Shown: positions 1 to 17,878 of the stretch, piece after piece
How positions within the stretch are numbered: position 1 is the first letter of the stretch
Layout of the letters: each line of letters starts with the position of its first letter
Origin: Eledone cirrhosa
Taxonomy: Eukaryota
Direction: 5' to 3'
Assembly (NCBI GenBank): GCA_964016885.1
Contig: OZ024745.1
Span: forward strand, 9,362,001 to 9,426,000
Length of the DNA: 64,000 nt
Made by a program: the position numbers and the translations under genes
The notes under the pieces: model-generated
The model's database searches: none
Told to the model about the DNA's origin: nothing
The model's input: the letters and a program-made list of their open reading frames with translations, nothing else

Positions 1-28
1 CTATCAAAGTTCTTTCGTTGCACATCTG

Positions 29-2173
29 CAAAGACCACAAGACAGTCGATGACCCGACAACAGGACCACCAACAAGACCCGTATGCGGAGAAAATATAGC
101 TAGCAACTACAGGATCTCCTACTTCCTCTCAATGCTCATACGCCCCATAATCAAGATGTCCCTAGATGTATGTGACAGTTCAGAGGACCTCCTCAGCAGA
201 ATCAGTGAGTGCAACAAAAACAGGAACCTATCCAACTGCATAATAGGCAGCATGGATGTGGTGTCACTGTACCCATCCATTAACATTGATTTTGCTGTGT
301 AAAAATGTGTGGAGATGATCATTGAGAGTGAAGTGGAGTTCTGCGACATCGACACGGACGAACTGGGCCTCCTACTTAGACTTACCTACGACACTGACTA
401 CCTAGACAGCCATGACCTTAGACGTTTCTGCCCCAGTAGACCCATAAGAGGTAGACCCTCCCCACCATAACCTCTGACAAAAAGACTCCCATGGGAAGGT
501 GGATTGGGTGGACCAAAGCTATACAGACCCCCCAAAACAATGATCAGGTAAGAAAAATGGTCGCACATGCAATAGGGGCTAGTATCAAAACTACCCTAAA
601 GTGCCACATATTCAAGTTCAAGATCTACACCCAAAATGAGGGAGCAGCCATTGGCGTCAGCATAACTGATAACGTTGCCAACCTTTTTATGGTATGGTGG
701 GAAAGGAGACTCAAAGATCTCCTTGATGAGAGCTCCATAGACCTCATCGTGTACTCTCGTTACGTAGACGACATCAATATAGTAATAAGGACATCCCCAC
801 AAGAGAGCACTAACAAGTTTGATTTAGAACGTAGCACATTGGAAAGCATCCAGCAAAGAGCTAATTCCATACACCAGAGTATAACTGTAACTATCGACTA
901 CCCTTCCAAACACCCTAACAATAGACTACCTATATTAGACACGGAACTCTGGATTAACACTATAGACGAGAGAGCCCAAATTCTCCACTCACACTATGCT
1001 AAACCCATGGTCTCCAAATACCTGATACTCAAAAACTCAGCAATGTCCAGTAGTGCTAAGTTTAATATTCTGATCGCAGACTTGGTACGAGTGATGAAGA
1101 ACGTGTCCCGCATGTGCGACCCAACAGAAATGGAAAGACACATCCAAAGACACATCCAGTTCTCTGGCTACAACCAAAGAGACAGAATCAGAGTATACAA
1201 AGGAGCCATGGAGAAGTATAAGACCCTCATAGAACTGGACATGAAAGGAATTTGCCTATTATACAGGAGCAAATCATGGAATAGCTTAGACAGGACTAGA
1301 CATAAGATAGGGAAAGCCACCTCATGGTACGACAACCAGAGATACCACAGTGTCATGTTTGTGGACGCTACCCCTGGAGGGAAATTAGCTAACCAGTGTA
1401 GAAAGGCCCTGAGAAAGACCCACTTAAAGATTAAGGTGGTAGAAAGGCAGGAACCACCATAAAATCCCTGATCAGCAAAACCTACCCTTTTAAGAAAACC
1501 CACTGTACTAATAGGAAATGTATCATATGTAGAGTAAAGCCCCGGATAAACTGTAAAACTAGAAATGTAGTCTATAGCATAAGATGTACAGCGGGTACTT
1601 GCAGAAACATGACAACAACATACATAGGCGAGACAGCTTGTAGCATAGGTGAAAGGATAGACCAACACTGGAGGGAACTAAAAGGACGAAAAAACGCTTA
1701 AGTACTATACGAACATGCCAGACAACAACACAACGGTAACATAGACAACATAGAAGTTAGAATAATATCTAAACATAGAAATGACCCAGCAGATAGGCAA
1801 ATCAGAGAGGCCAGCGAAATAGAACTTAGAAGGCCAAGGATGAATGGAATAACAACAACACACAAACAAACAACACTGACCTAAGAGAAGTATAAATAAA
1901 TAAATACATACACAAGCACAATAACAACAAACACATATAAACACACACTAGTAAACTAAGATAGAATACATTAACCAATACACAGTCACCCAAACAAGAA
2001 CACACATCAAACAAAACACTATACACACATGCAAACGCATGCGCAGAGAAGACAAAAAAAAATAAATAAATAAATAGACTAAATAAAGATGGCGTAAGCA
2101 TACAATGCAACGGGAGGAAACATAATAGCACCACTGACGATGTTACAGATGTGCAACGAAAGAACTTTGATAG
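29..2173 (+). mobile_element. Penelope-like retroelement (RT + GIY-YIG), 5'-truncated and decayed
   Basis: RT motifs GSMDVVSLYPSI (~247-282), TQNEGAAIGVSITDNVANLFM, YSRYVDD and LPILDTELWI. After a frameshift near 1450 the frame reads HCTNRKCIIC...NCKTRNVVYSIRC...YIGETACSIGERI...REASEIELRRPRMN (Cys linker + GIY-YIG). Stop at 300-302. The 3' end carries a CTGACGA...GAAA motif. Confidence 0.9.
2131..2173 (+). ncRNA. Degenerate hammerhead-ribozyme-like motif in the PLE 3' pseudo-LTR
   Basis: CTGACGA (2134-2140), imperfect stem II gttac/gcaac, GAAA (2158-2161). Stems I and III are poor. The position is where PLE hammerheads are usually found. Confidence 0.5.
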
Positions 2174-2370
2174 ACAATATATATGTGTTTGTGTCTATAT
2201 TGTATCTGTATTTTTGACCGTTGGTCAGTCAATGGCAACATTGAGGACCGAATAAATTAAATTAACCGATATAAAAGACACAGAAGCGAAAACCAACCAA
2301 CCAAACAGTGAGTGTGTTCTGTTATTAATTCTGGCAATATTATTACACAAATATGACCCTCCCCAAGTAT

Positions 2371-2413
<43 letters not shown>

Positions 2414-2591
2414 CTTCTGGTTTTATAATTTCACAATTTTTTTTTTTTCCCAATAGAGAGAGAGTCGGTTTCTAACATAGACACAAGACTCTCATTGGAA
2501 TTTACACATCAACTAGGTAGATTATGTATGCATGCATGTGTAGATATGGATGTTGTTGTTATTACATATTACATATTATTACATATTACAT

Positions 2592-2773
2592 GGATTGGCA
2601 GTATTGGTAGCGGGTCGGACGCCATGCTTTCCAGCATAGTTACGTCCCTTTACGATCTGAGTTCAAATCCTGCCGAGGTTGACTTTGCCTTTCATCCTTA
2701 CGGGGTAGATAAAATAAAGTACCAGTAATGCACTGGGTAACTGCTGGCCTTGTGCCTAAAGTAGAAACAATTA
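2592..2773 (+). mobile_element. tRNA-derived SINE with Meta-domain-like core
   Basis: A-box-like TGGCAGTATTGG, B-box GAGTTCAAATCC, then GAGGTTGACTTTGCCTTTCATCC...GATAAAATAAAGTACCAGT. The core recurs many times in the window and resembles the MetaSINE domain (from recall). Confidence 0.8.
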
Positions 2774-3029
2774 TTACATATTACATTAAATGTCTCTACA
2801 TATTACTGTATATAATATAATTAAGCTATAGTAGTTATACCAAAAGGTGGTAACTTTGTTTAATTCTAACAGTTATTGCATAGTATAAGGTTAGAGGTAC
2901 ATAGGAGTTGTGTAGAGGAAAGAGCTGATCAAAGAGTGTATAGCTGTGGAGGCTGATAAGTCCTAGATGTGAAGTGTTAATGGTGGTGGTGGTGGGGGGG
3001 GGGATTCAGATATGACATTGATATATATG

Positions 3030-4295
3030 CTAACAGCTAGGTTTAAAGTTATGGAACGAGTGGTGGTATCGGTGTTGGCACGAGGAAAATGTCTCCGACT
3101 TTCTATTAAGGAGGTCTAGTCTCAAAAAGATTATATTATGGGTCTCTAGAAGACAGAGATTACATAATTTATTCGGTGGTTTATACGATGAGGCCCTACC
3201 TACTACTTCCCATTGCAGTGTAAATGGTCTATTTCTAGTTTTCAGAGAGTGTACGTAGCTAGATAAATAAGTGGAGTTGGTTAGATTGTGTTTTTTGAAA
3301 GAGTAGAGGTGCGAGTTGTATCTCGTCTTGAAGTTGTTCGAAGTAGAGCCGATATATGTTTTAGAAGAGTTGTTTGCATTGACGGTGCATGAGTAGATGA
3401 TGTCTTTGGTTAAGCAATTATTACCTAAGGGGCAAGTTCTATTAGTTCTACAGTTATATTTATTCTGGGTGTTAGCTTGCCGGTTCCTATGTTGAGAAGA
3501 ATTATGGTTCCTCGGGATAGCACTAGGGTAATGATGTCTGTCATTTGTATTGTTATTGATTTCATTAGTGCTATTAACATTATTACTATTATTACTACTA
3601 TTGTTTACATGTACTAAGTTTACCTCCTGTTGTGTTTTAATTAGTTCGAAATAATTATTAATCTTCCCTTTATTACTACTATCTATATGGTATGCTATGT
3701 TAGGTGTGGTGGAGTATGATATTTTTATTGATAAGGTTATGGTACTTGTGGCCGGGCGGGAAGTTTTTTTTTCTAAGATTGAGAAGAAAGCCTTAGGCAA
3801 GTTGGTAGAGACATTTAGATTGAAAGGCGGATTGAAGAATGTATTAGTTCTCCTATTTTTGTTTTTAGTATTGTTTTTTGAGGTATTTATATCCCTGTTT
3901 ATATTATTATTGTGGTGTTTACTTTGGTGCGAGTTAAGTTTGGTATTACCCTTCGTCCTAGAGTTATAGTGGCTAGTGCTTTTATTATTTTTCCTCATGG
4001 CCATATTATGAGATATAATGTTGTAACTATGTGATTTTATAGGTAGGAATTCAATCTCATTCTTATGTCCTGATTTAGCTAAGGCCTCATTATAGTATTG
4101 TGAATTATTGTTAAATATGGTTTCATTATATGATAGATTAGAGATTATATTAGATATTCCTTTAGTAATAGAGTTTAATATGGATTTAGGGTGGTTAAAG
4201 TTGGTATTCACCTAAATTAGTTTTTCGTTAGGTTTATAATAGGGTGTGTATATTTTAGAGTCTAGGCAAAGGGTGGCATCAAGGAAGTTAACGTT
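3030..4295 (-). mobile_element. Second Penelope-like element fragment (RT C-terminus/thumb + GIY-YIG), different family
   Basis: Minus strand reads [10 protein letters not shown]...YKPN...*VNTNFNHP, then CPLGNNCLTKDIIYSCTV...TYIGSTSNNFKTRYNSH...CNLCLLE...LLNRKSE. It is truncated upstream by a TA-rich microsatellite. Confidence 0.88.
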
Positions 4296-4770
4296 TTATG
4301 TATGTATATATGAATGTATATATGTATGTATATATACATGTATATATGTATGTATATATACATGTAAATATACATGTATATATACATACATATATACATG
4401 TATATATGTATGTATGTATGAATATATGTGTATATGAATATGTGTATGTGTATATGAATATATGTATGTATATAAATATATGTATATAAATATATGTATA
4501 TAAATATGTATATAAATATATGTATTTAAGTATGTATATAAATATATGTATATAAGTATGTATATAAATATGTATATAAATATATGTATATAAGTATGTA
4601 TATAAATATGTATATAAATATATGTATGTATATATATGTATATATGTTGGTATATAAATATGTTTACATGTAAACATATGTATATATGTATGTATATATA
4701 TATATGTGTGTGTGTGTGTATGTATATGTGTGTATGTATGAATGTATATATATGTATTTATGTATATATA
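4296..4770. repeat. (TA/TG)-rich compound microsatellite
   Basis: Runs of tatatg/tataaa units. Confidence 0.95.
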
Positions 4771-4977
4771 GCCAGGTGGTGCTATTAAATTAGACATGGC
4801 CGAAACCTATCAAAGTTACATGTATATATATATATATATATATATAGATAAATCTACCAAGAGTTTACGGTAGTGTCCAATCCGTATGAAGAACTCAATG
4901 TATTCCGGATATCATGGAAAGAAGAGATGTAATGAAAATCCACTTTCGGTGAAAGATAAACGGTATACAGAGTCAAG

Positions 4978-5380
4978 ATAAAATATTAAACAAATAATGA
5001 ACAAACAATTCCTTATATTAAACAAAAAAAGTTCACTATTTAACGATCGTTTCTAGGGTATATATGTGTTATAATTGGTATGCATATTTAACAGATCTAT
5101 GTACAAAATTATACAAAATTATACAAATTATCAAGATTAAATATACATACCTAACTCATATATACGCCGTCTTCAGAAATAATATTATTTCTGAAGACGG
5201 CGTATATATGAGTTAGGTATGTATATTTAATCTTGATAATTTGTATAATTTTGTATAATTTTGTACATAGATCTGTTAAATATGCATACCAATTATAACA
5301 CATATATACCCTAGAAACGATCGTTAAATAGTGAACTTTTTTTGTTTAATATAAGGAATTGTTTGTTCATTATTTGTTTA

Positions 5381-5389
<9 letters not shown>
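4978..5389. repeat. Perfect 412-bp palindrome with no spacer
   Basis: Centre between 5183 and 5184 (gaaataat|attatttc). The arms match by eye out to ataaaatattaaac / gtttaatattttat. Confidence 0.95.
5186..5330 (+). ncRNA. Type I hammerhead-ribozyme-like motif with long stem II; mirror copy at 5037-5181 on the minus strand
   Basis: TATTT-CTGAAGA (5191-5197), stem II gg(c)gtatatatg...catatataccc, GAAA (5314-5317), palindromic CGATCG, TT, then AAATA pairing with the upstream TATTT. Confidence 0.65.
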
Positions 5390-5459
<70 letters not shown>

Positions 5460-5502
5460 AATAAATAACAAAGAACGCTTATAGCATATGCATATCTTTA
5501 CT

Positions 5503-5548
5503 TGCTAACATTGTTTCATCCGCACTATAAGTGGGACTCATCAGAGCA
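5503..5548 (-). ncRNA. Minimal type I hammerhead ribozyme
   Basis: Minus strand: TGCT CTGATGA GTCC CAC TTATA GTG C GGAT GAAA C AAT G TT AGCA. It has the full core, stem I TGCT/AGCA, stem II GTCC/GGAT extended by CAC/GTG, a short stem III and a GUU cleavage triplet. Confidence 0.8.
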
Positions 5549-6128
5549 TAAAGGTTAATTACATACCATACAAGCAATAACAAATCCAAGACATTGAAGA
5601 ATGAAAGGTAATAATAGACGATAGAGGATAAGAATAAAAATAAAAATAAAGATAAAAATAAAAATAAAAATAAGGGGTGCTATCAGTCACAGTTAGGCGG
5701 TGTGCTGTCAACATATAGTTACATACAAGCATACACATGGATAAGAGAACAGACAAGAGTAGACACATGGATAAGAGAACAGACAAGAGTAGATAAGATA
5801 ATGGGATTAGGTAAGAGTAGGTAAAAAATAGGTAAAAATAGGTAAAAAACAGACTTATAATATATATAAAAAGAAATACAAAGAAATACATAACAAACTT
5901 ACATATAAAATATAAAATATAGAGTAAGGAATGAGATAAAATAATATAAAATTAAAAATTAAAAATTATATACATAGAACATAATATAGTATAATCGTAA
6001 AATAAGATAAAATAAGGTAAACTAAAATCAAATAACATAGACTAAATTAAAATAATATAATATAAGATATAATTAAAATCAAATGTATAATTATAATTAT
6101 ATGTATAATTAAATGTAATTAAATGTAA

Positions 6129-6160
<32 letters not shown>

Positions 6161-6362
6161 AAATTAAATAAATAAATAAAATTAAAATTAAAATTTTAAA
6201 ATTTTAAAATTAAAATCTAAATTTAAATATAAATATAAATATAAATAAATAAATAAATAAATAAATGGAGTCAAGTAAGTAAATAAATAAAATTAGATAA
6301 CATGAAATGAAATAAAATAAAATGAAATAAAGTAAATTGAGATAAGATATATATTTTTTTAG

Positions 6363-6513
6363 AATATATCTCTTGAATATATCAGGGGCCCACGAAGGCA
6401 CTAAATGTCACAGTTATGTGTATCACTTGACCAATTTTTTAAAATATATTTCTTGAAGACATCAGGGGCCCACGAAGGCACTAAGTGTCACAGTCACCAG
6501 TATCACTTGACCA
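6363..6513. repeat. Tandem duplication with 80-bp period
   Basis: atcaggggcccacgaaggcactaa(a/g)tgtcacagt...tatcacttgacca occurs at 6381 and 6461. Confidence 0.9.
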
Positions 6514-6625
6514 TTGCAAGGCAATATTATTATTATATTACGGCTCTGTCCTCAGACATTGAGCTAACCTCATACTGCCTGCTGGATAAGTGGAGTGTTA
6601 TACACCCCTGATCCTTTCCCTAGCA

Positions 6626-6659
<34 letters not shown>

Positions 6660-7189
6660 ATGATGATATATATATATTGTATGTTGTGCTCATAATTTTT
6701 TTTTTTTTTTTTGCGTTAATAATATTTTGATTGGATGCCCTTCCTATCACCAACACCACTTTACAGCTTGGACTGGGAGCTTTTATTAGTGCCACCAGTA
6801 CTAGAGAGGTTGTCTTACTGGACTGAGGGGCCCTCTCTACCCCATACTTTGACATGGTTTTTAAAGGCTGTATGCCACTTCCATTACCTCCATATTGCAG
6901 CATGGATGGGTTCTTTTATTCGTTCCACCAGCACTAAGGAAGTCATCCTGCTGGACTTACGGGGCTTCTCCACCCCCGTACCAATATATTTGGAGTGGTT
7001 GCTCTCCTAGATGGGTTGTTACACTTCGGCTTATGGAGCCTCCATCCACCCTGTGACTGCTTTGAGCGTTCTCGGCAACTATTGAACTATACTAAGATAC
7101 TCTTAGTGTGTCTACATTTATCATATTGAGGGAGGGGGTCAGCTGGGGAGGAGAAAGTGAAGAGGTTTTGGGTAAGTGGGTTTATGGTG

Positions 7190-7416
7190 CTATATGCACA
7201 AGGAGGTGGCTGGCAAAAATTCCTGGTGGAAGGAAGACACAGTAGAGAAAGACCATGAAAAACCTTGGGCGGAGGTGGTGCAAGCTGACCTCAGATCGCT
7301 GAAGCTCACAGAGATGATAACGAAGGACCGTGACGAATGGAGAGGTGCTGTGCTGAAGAGGACCTGTCCCACCCTTATAAGCAGGGAAAAGCGGACGTAA
7401 AATGATGATGATGATA
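7190..7416 (+). mobile_element. RTE LINE 3' end fragment
   Basis: Translates as PWAEVVQADLRSLKLTEMITKDRDEWRGAV, similar to the RTE C-termini elsewhere in the window. Ends in ggaaaagcggacgtaaaa(tga)n. Confidence 0.7.
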
Positions 7417-8333
7417 ATATTTGATTTTTTTTGTGGTGATGGTTTACTTGAAAATGTATTTTTATCTTTACTGGCAATTTTAGTTTACTATATTGATTTT
7501 CTTTGAAGGTCAGAACAGTTAGGTTGAAATATTAAATTGCTATTACCAATGTATGGAAAATCTCTCTCTCTTATCTTTATGGATTTATATAGAAAGAATT
7601 CTTTGAATTTTCAGAAAATATTGGTTCTTCCGGAGCCTTATTGTATAAATTGAAAATTATTTTTTCTAAATTGCTGTTCACAACAGTAGGTCATAGACAT
7701 TCATATTATAGGAAAAAAATAATGCTTTTGATTCAAGTAAACCCTATTACACCTAATGTGAGGAAAGTCAATCAATTTTTTAAGCGGTGAAAATTAAGTT
7801 ATGATTCTTAAAAAGTTACTTTTGTTTGTACTTATTTTCTCATCCTGCCTGCAACCTGACTGTACATATAAACAAATAATAGAATTATCAAACATATAAA
7901 CCACAAAAGATACCATAGTGAGTTCTTGATCCTGTTGTTTAAAGTACTTGACTTGTATACCATTTATGACCGTTTTAATTTATAAAGTCTGGTGTGATCC
8001 AAAGTCGTGTAGTAAACCTTCAAATTAAAATCTGTAGTTGTGAATAATTAATAATTATCATTCAGTAGCAACAATAAAAACAAGTGTCTAAGGAAAGAAT
8101 TGCTAGACAGATTTTATGGACAAAACCAAATGACTAGAGACCTAGATGAAGACGATCACGGGGAAGATTGTTGGATAACATCCATAAGCTCATTTGGTCT
8201 TCAAGATCTGATTGGATCATTTGGAGTCAGTTGCTTCAGATAGGGTACCCTGGAAAGCATATCTAAGGACTGCCATCATGACCCTCTCAGGAATATGTGG
8301 GTGCAGAGGAAGAAAATATCTTTTTAATACATG

Positions 8334-8374
<41 letters not shown>

Positions 8375-9443
8375 GTTTAAGGTTCATTTTTCCACACTTG
8401 CATGAGTTAGAAGGTTTCTTATGTTATGAGATAATTCAGGCCTGGAGATCAACATGGTCATACAGATATGTATTTTGGCACCGAAATGACCATTTAACAG
8501 AGTCAACTGGGTGCTTTTTGTTGTCAACAACACAACTACTTTACAGAGTGGACTAAGTGCTTTTTGTTGTCGTTTTTTCTAAGCAATTCCTGAGGTTTCT
8601 TTTGTAAATCCACTGGAAATCTTCATTATTGGGATGAATGATTTGTAAATATTGATAAAAGTACATTTAATTAAATTGAATTGTTTCTAAGCAGAGATAC
8701 TTTTAAATTGAAATAAAATATTCTTCTTGAAGAGAAACATTTTTATTCCCATTATGGAATCATTGCAGCACCAAATTCATTCTTGTTTTTTTGTTTTGTT
8801 TTATTTATTTTGCATATTTTAACATAAATGGAATCTTCTCTCAATATAAATTTGGGCTGGATTGTATGTCAGTTTCCCAGCCTGCTTGGTGGTCTGAGAC
8901 TCCACTTAATTACTGTTTGTGTCATGACCATCCCTTGCTAGCAGGGAAAACAGACATTAAATGGTGATGATGATGAGATATAAATCATTTATTCTGTTCT
9001 GGGTTACTATATTGGGAGTAGTGACAATAATTATGGTAGGAAGAAGTACAAAATAGAATTAATTTAAATTATGAGAATAAATTTATACTATGCAATCTTT
9101 AGTGATTTTAGTTGTTTGTGGAATTAATTTCGGGTAAGCTTGAGCAGACGAGCTCGAAGAGCTGATTATTGGTTATTTAACTGCTGGAAACAAAATAAAC
9201 TTTAAGGTATATGAGTAGCTTGTATGAAAGGGTTGAAAGCTCTTTTAACAAGAACAATCAGTGGATGAATAAACTTTTAAAAAAGATTTAGAATGAAGAA
9301 AGTTATATTCATTTCCTTGTTCTGGTTATTTTTCTCTTTTAAGTTAGAAATCATGATTCTTACAATGTAAAATATGGTTTGGAAGAGATTTAATATTAAA
9401 GTTGTTTGTTTTGATTTTTTCTCATTTTCTTTTCCTTTCATAG

Positions 9444-9639
9444 ACCGAGGAGGAGGGTGTTAATGCCTGTATGGATAGGGTGCGGAAGCTGTTGAGCCCT
9501 GGAACCAAGAAGAAAACAGTTCCTCAAAACAGCAACAAGACCTTTGGAGTTCCTCTTGAAGAACTTGTTCGCCAAGCACCTGATGGTCTTAAAATCCCGC
9601 TCATTGTAAAGAAGATATGTGAACATATTGAAAACCATG
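9444..9639 (+). CDS. FAM13A/B: FAM13-like RhoGAP gene, first visible coding exon
   Basis: Pyrimidine tract + TAG acceptor. Open frame TEEEGVNACMDRVRKLLSP...KTFGVPLEELV...IPLIVKKICEHIENHG (RhoGAP N-terminus). Donor G|GTAAG, phase 1. Confidence 0.88.
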
Positions 9640-10440
9640 GTAAGACTTTAACTCAATTTATCTTAACAAACAAGTAGAATAGTAGAGAGTGTATGGTCTA
9701 AGATTTGGGCTTTTATATTGTGGCAAAATGGTTAAGGTATTGAACTTACATCATGGGCTTGATTCTTGTACTGGGTTGTGCATTTTGTTCTTGAGCAAAA
9801 CTCTTCATTTCACATTGCACCAGTACATTCAGACTTTAGAAAATTTAGAAGCCACCAGATAGATTGTGGTGTATAGAAAATACAAATATTGACCAAATAA
9901 TGGATATTGTTATTTTGTTGGACTTGTTTACTTCATTTGATCAATTCTAAAATAGATGTTTGATTCCAATAAAAAGAATCCAATTATCCAGTTATGTTGC
10001 ATAGTTTAGATTGTAAACCTATTTTTTGTTCTTTGTTCAACAAAAGTAATGACTATTACCAAATTAGTTCTTGGTTTTATTGTATTAATTTCTTTTGTCA
10101 CTCACATGCTCCATTATTTGTTAAAGACTAGTTTATTCATTTATTAACTAGAACCAATCAATTACTATGAGTGTACATAATACCTAATTCAAAAGGTAAC
10201 AGTTTAGTAGTTTCTTGTACCTTTTTACTTGCCTGCTATAAAAAAAGTGTGTTAAAATAAACCAAATTAGATATCCACACTTTATCACTGAAGGTTTTAA
10301 GGTGGTATGGGTCACATTTGTCTGCAATATCTCTCATTATTCTTGTCCTGTTTTTGTTCTTAATCTATTCTGTCCACCTCAACCAGAATAAATCAAAATA
10401 TAAATCAACTGTTACAGTAAGATTAACATTGATATTGATC

Positions 10441-16250
<5,810 letters not shown>

Positions 16251-16294
16251 CAATGAAATGTGTTAATTTGTTTTGACTATAAAATATATTTCAG

Positions 16295-16503
16295 GTTATG
16301 ACCAAGAGGGAATATTCCGAGTTAATGGAGTACTCGTATCATTGACAAACTGCGTACATCCTTTGATCAGACAGGAGATGCTGATTTTTGTGAAGATGGA
16401 GATGTAATGTCAGTTGCTGGTCTCCTTAAGTTGTTCCTTCGGGAGTTGCCTGACTCTGTCATTCCAGAACATATGACAAAGCAATTTGTAAATATACATG
16501 AAA
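16295..16503 (+). CDS. FAM13A/B: FAM13-like RhoGAP exon containing the arginine finger; apparent 1-nt deletion at ~16328
   Basis: TTTCAG acceptor. GYDQEGIFRVNG, then in the shifted frame STRIIDKLRTSFD...DVMSVAGLLKLFLRELPDSVIP...HE. Donor A|GTAAG. Confidence 0.9.
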
Positions 16504-16524
16504 GTAAGTTATTTCTATAGAGAA

Positions 16525-16704
16525 TAATTGTTTCTACTTTTGGCACAAGGGCAGCAAATACCCAGTACATTACTGGTACTTTATTTTATCGACTCCGTAA
16601 GGATGAAAGGCAAAGTTAACCTCAGCGAGATTTGAACTCAGAATAGCAAGGGCCGTAACTCTATGCGTCAAAGCATGGCGCCCGACTCTACCGATACTGC
16701 CAAT
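16525..16704 (-). mobile_element. Meta-domain-like tRNA SINE
   Basis: Reverse complement of the element at 2592-2773. Confidence 0.85.
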
Positions 16705-17745
16705 ATAATGTTTGCATTTTATAATATTTATGTATTTGTTTATGGAGTGGAAAAGTGAAAAATAGTGCAGAAGCTGCTTATATATCTCATCTATATCAAT
16801 ATGACAAAAGAAAGACAATCAAAAGTTCTTAGATTATTGCTTCTGTTTAAATTTCATTCCAGTTCCATCACCCTCTATTACTCACACGCACACGCACACG
16901 CACACACACACACACTCTCTCTCTCTACTATTATCTGACACCTACCTCTCTCACGTCCCTGTCCTATCCATCATTCACTCTCTCTTGCCATTGAAAATCT
17001 CTATTGCTATCTTGTCACATTGCTCATGCTGTTTTGCTACTCAACCTTTTACTCACTACCATCATAATCATATTATTTTTGTAGAATTATTCAAAATTAC
17101 CTATAACATTCAACACATGATGTAGGTGTTTTCCATTTTTCTCAAATCTTAACATTTTGCTCCACAGCTGCGAGACAATAATTATCTCTGACAACCTACC
17201 ACCTTTAACATTCATTCGAATCAGTGTGAAATATATTTCTTTCCAAACAATACATTTTTCTTTCCATACCTACAATAATATACCTTTATTTATATACCAA
17301 TAAATATGTCAATACAATTAATATACTGAATAACATTATCCAGATATATACAGTTTAAATAATAAAGGGGTGGGGGGGAGAGAGGAATAATTAAGAAGAA
17401 AAATAGGTGAGGGAGATGACCCACTCAATCACACAACAGAACAAGAGCTGCTGGAGCTTCCCTCAACCAACACACTGCCAGCAATGCCATGAGTGATTCT
17501 CGTTAATACTTAGTTATATGATTATGTTCTTCATACTTTGGTTGTATTGATGAAAAGAAATATGATTGTTTTACAAAATTTTCTGTGGACTTTAGTCATA
17601 TTAAACTGATATAAGTTATGTATATCAGATTTATTAATTCCTTTCTATATGTTCAGCAGAATGTAAAACTTGTCTCGGCTCTTAACAGAATTAATAAGCT
17701 GAAACTTTTACAAGTGTTTCTTCTTTGAAGACCTTCTGCTATTCA

Positions 17746-17834
<89 letters not shown>

Positions 17835-17845
17835 CTCTCTCTCTT

Positions 17846-17878
<33 letters not shown>

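Noticed and set aside
4246-4797. Y/I/H/T-rich ORFs
   Set aside because: Translations of a TA/TG microsatellite.
4807-4817. 11-bp match (ctatcaaagtt) to window positions 1-11
   Set aside because: Too short in AT-rich DNA to distinguish from chance, and the flanks do not match.
6445-6470. Minus-strand CTGATGTCTTCAAGAAA as a hammerhead
   Set aside because: The core is CTGATGT rather than CTGANGA, and no stem II can form.
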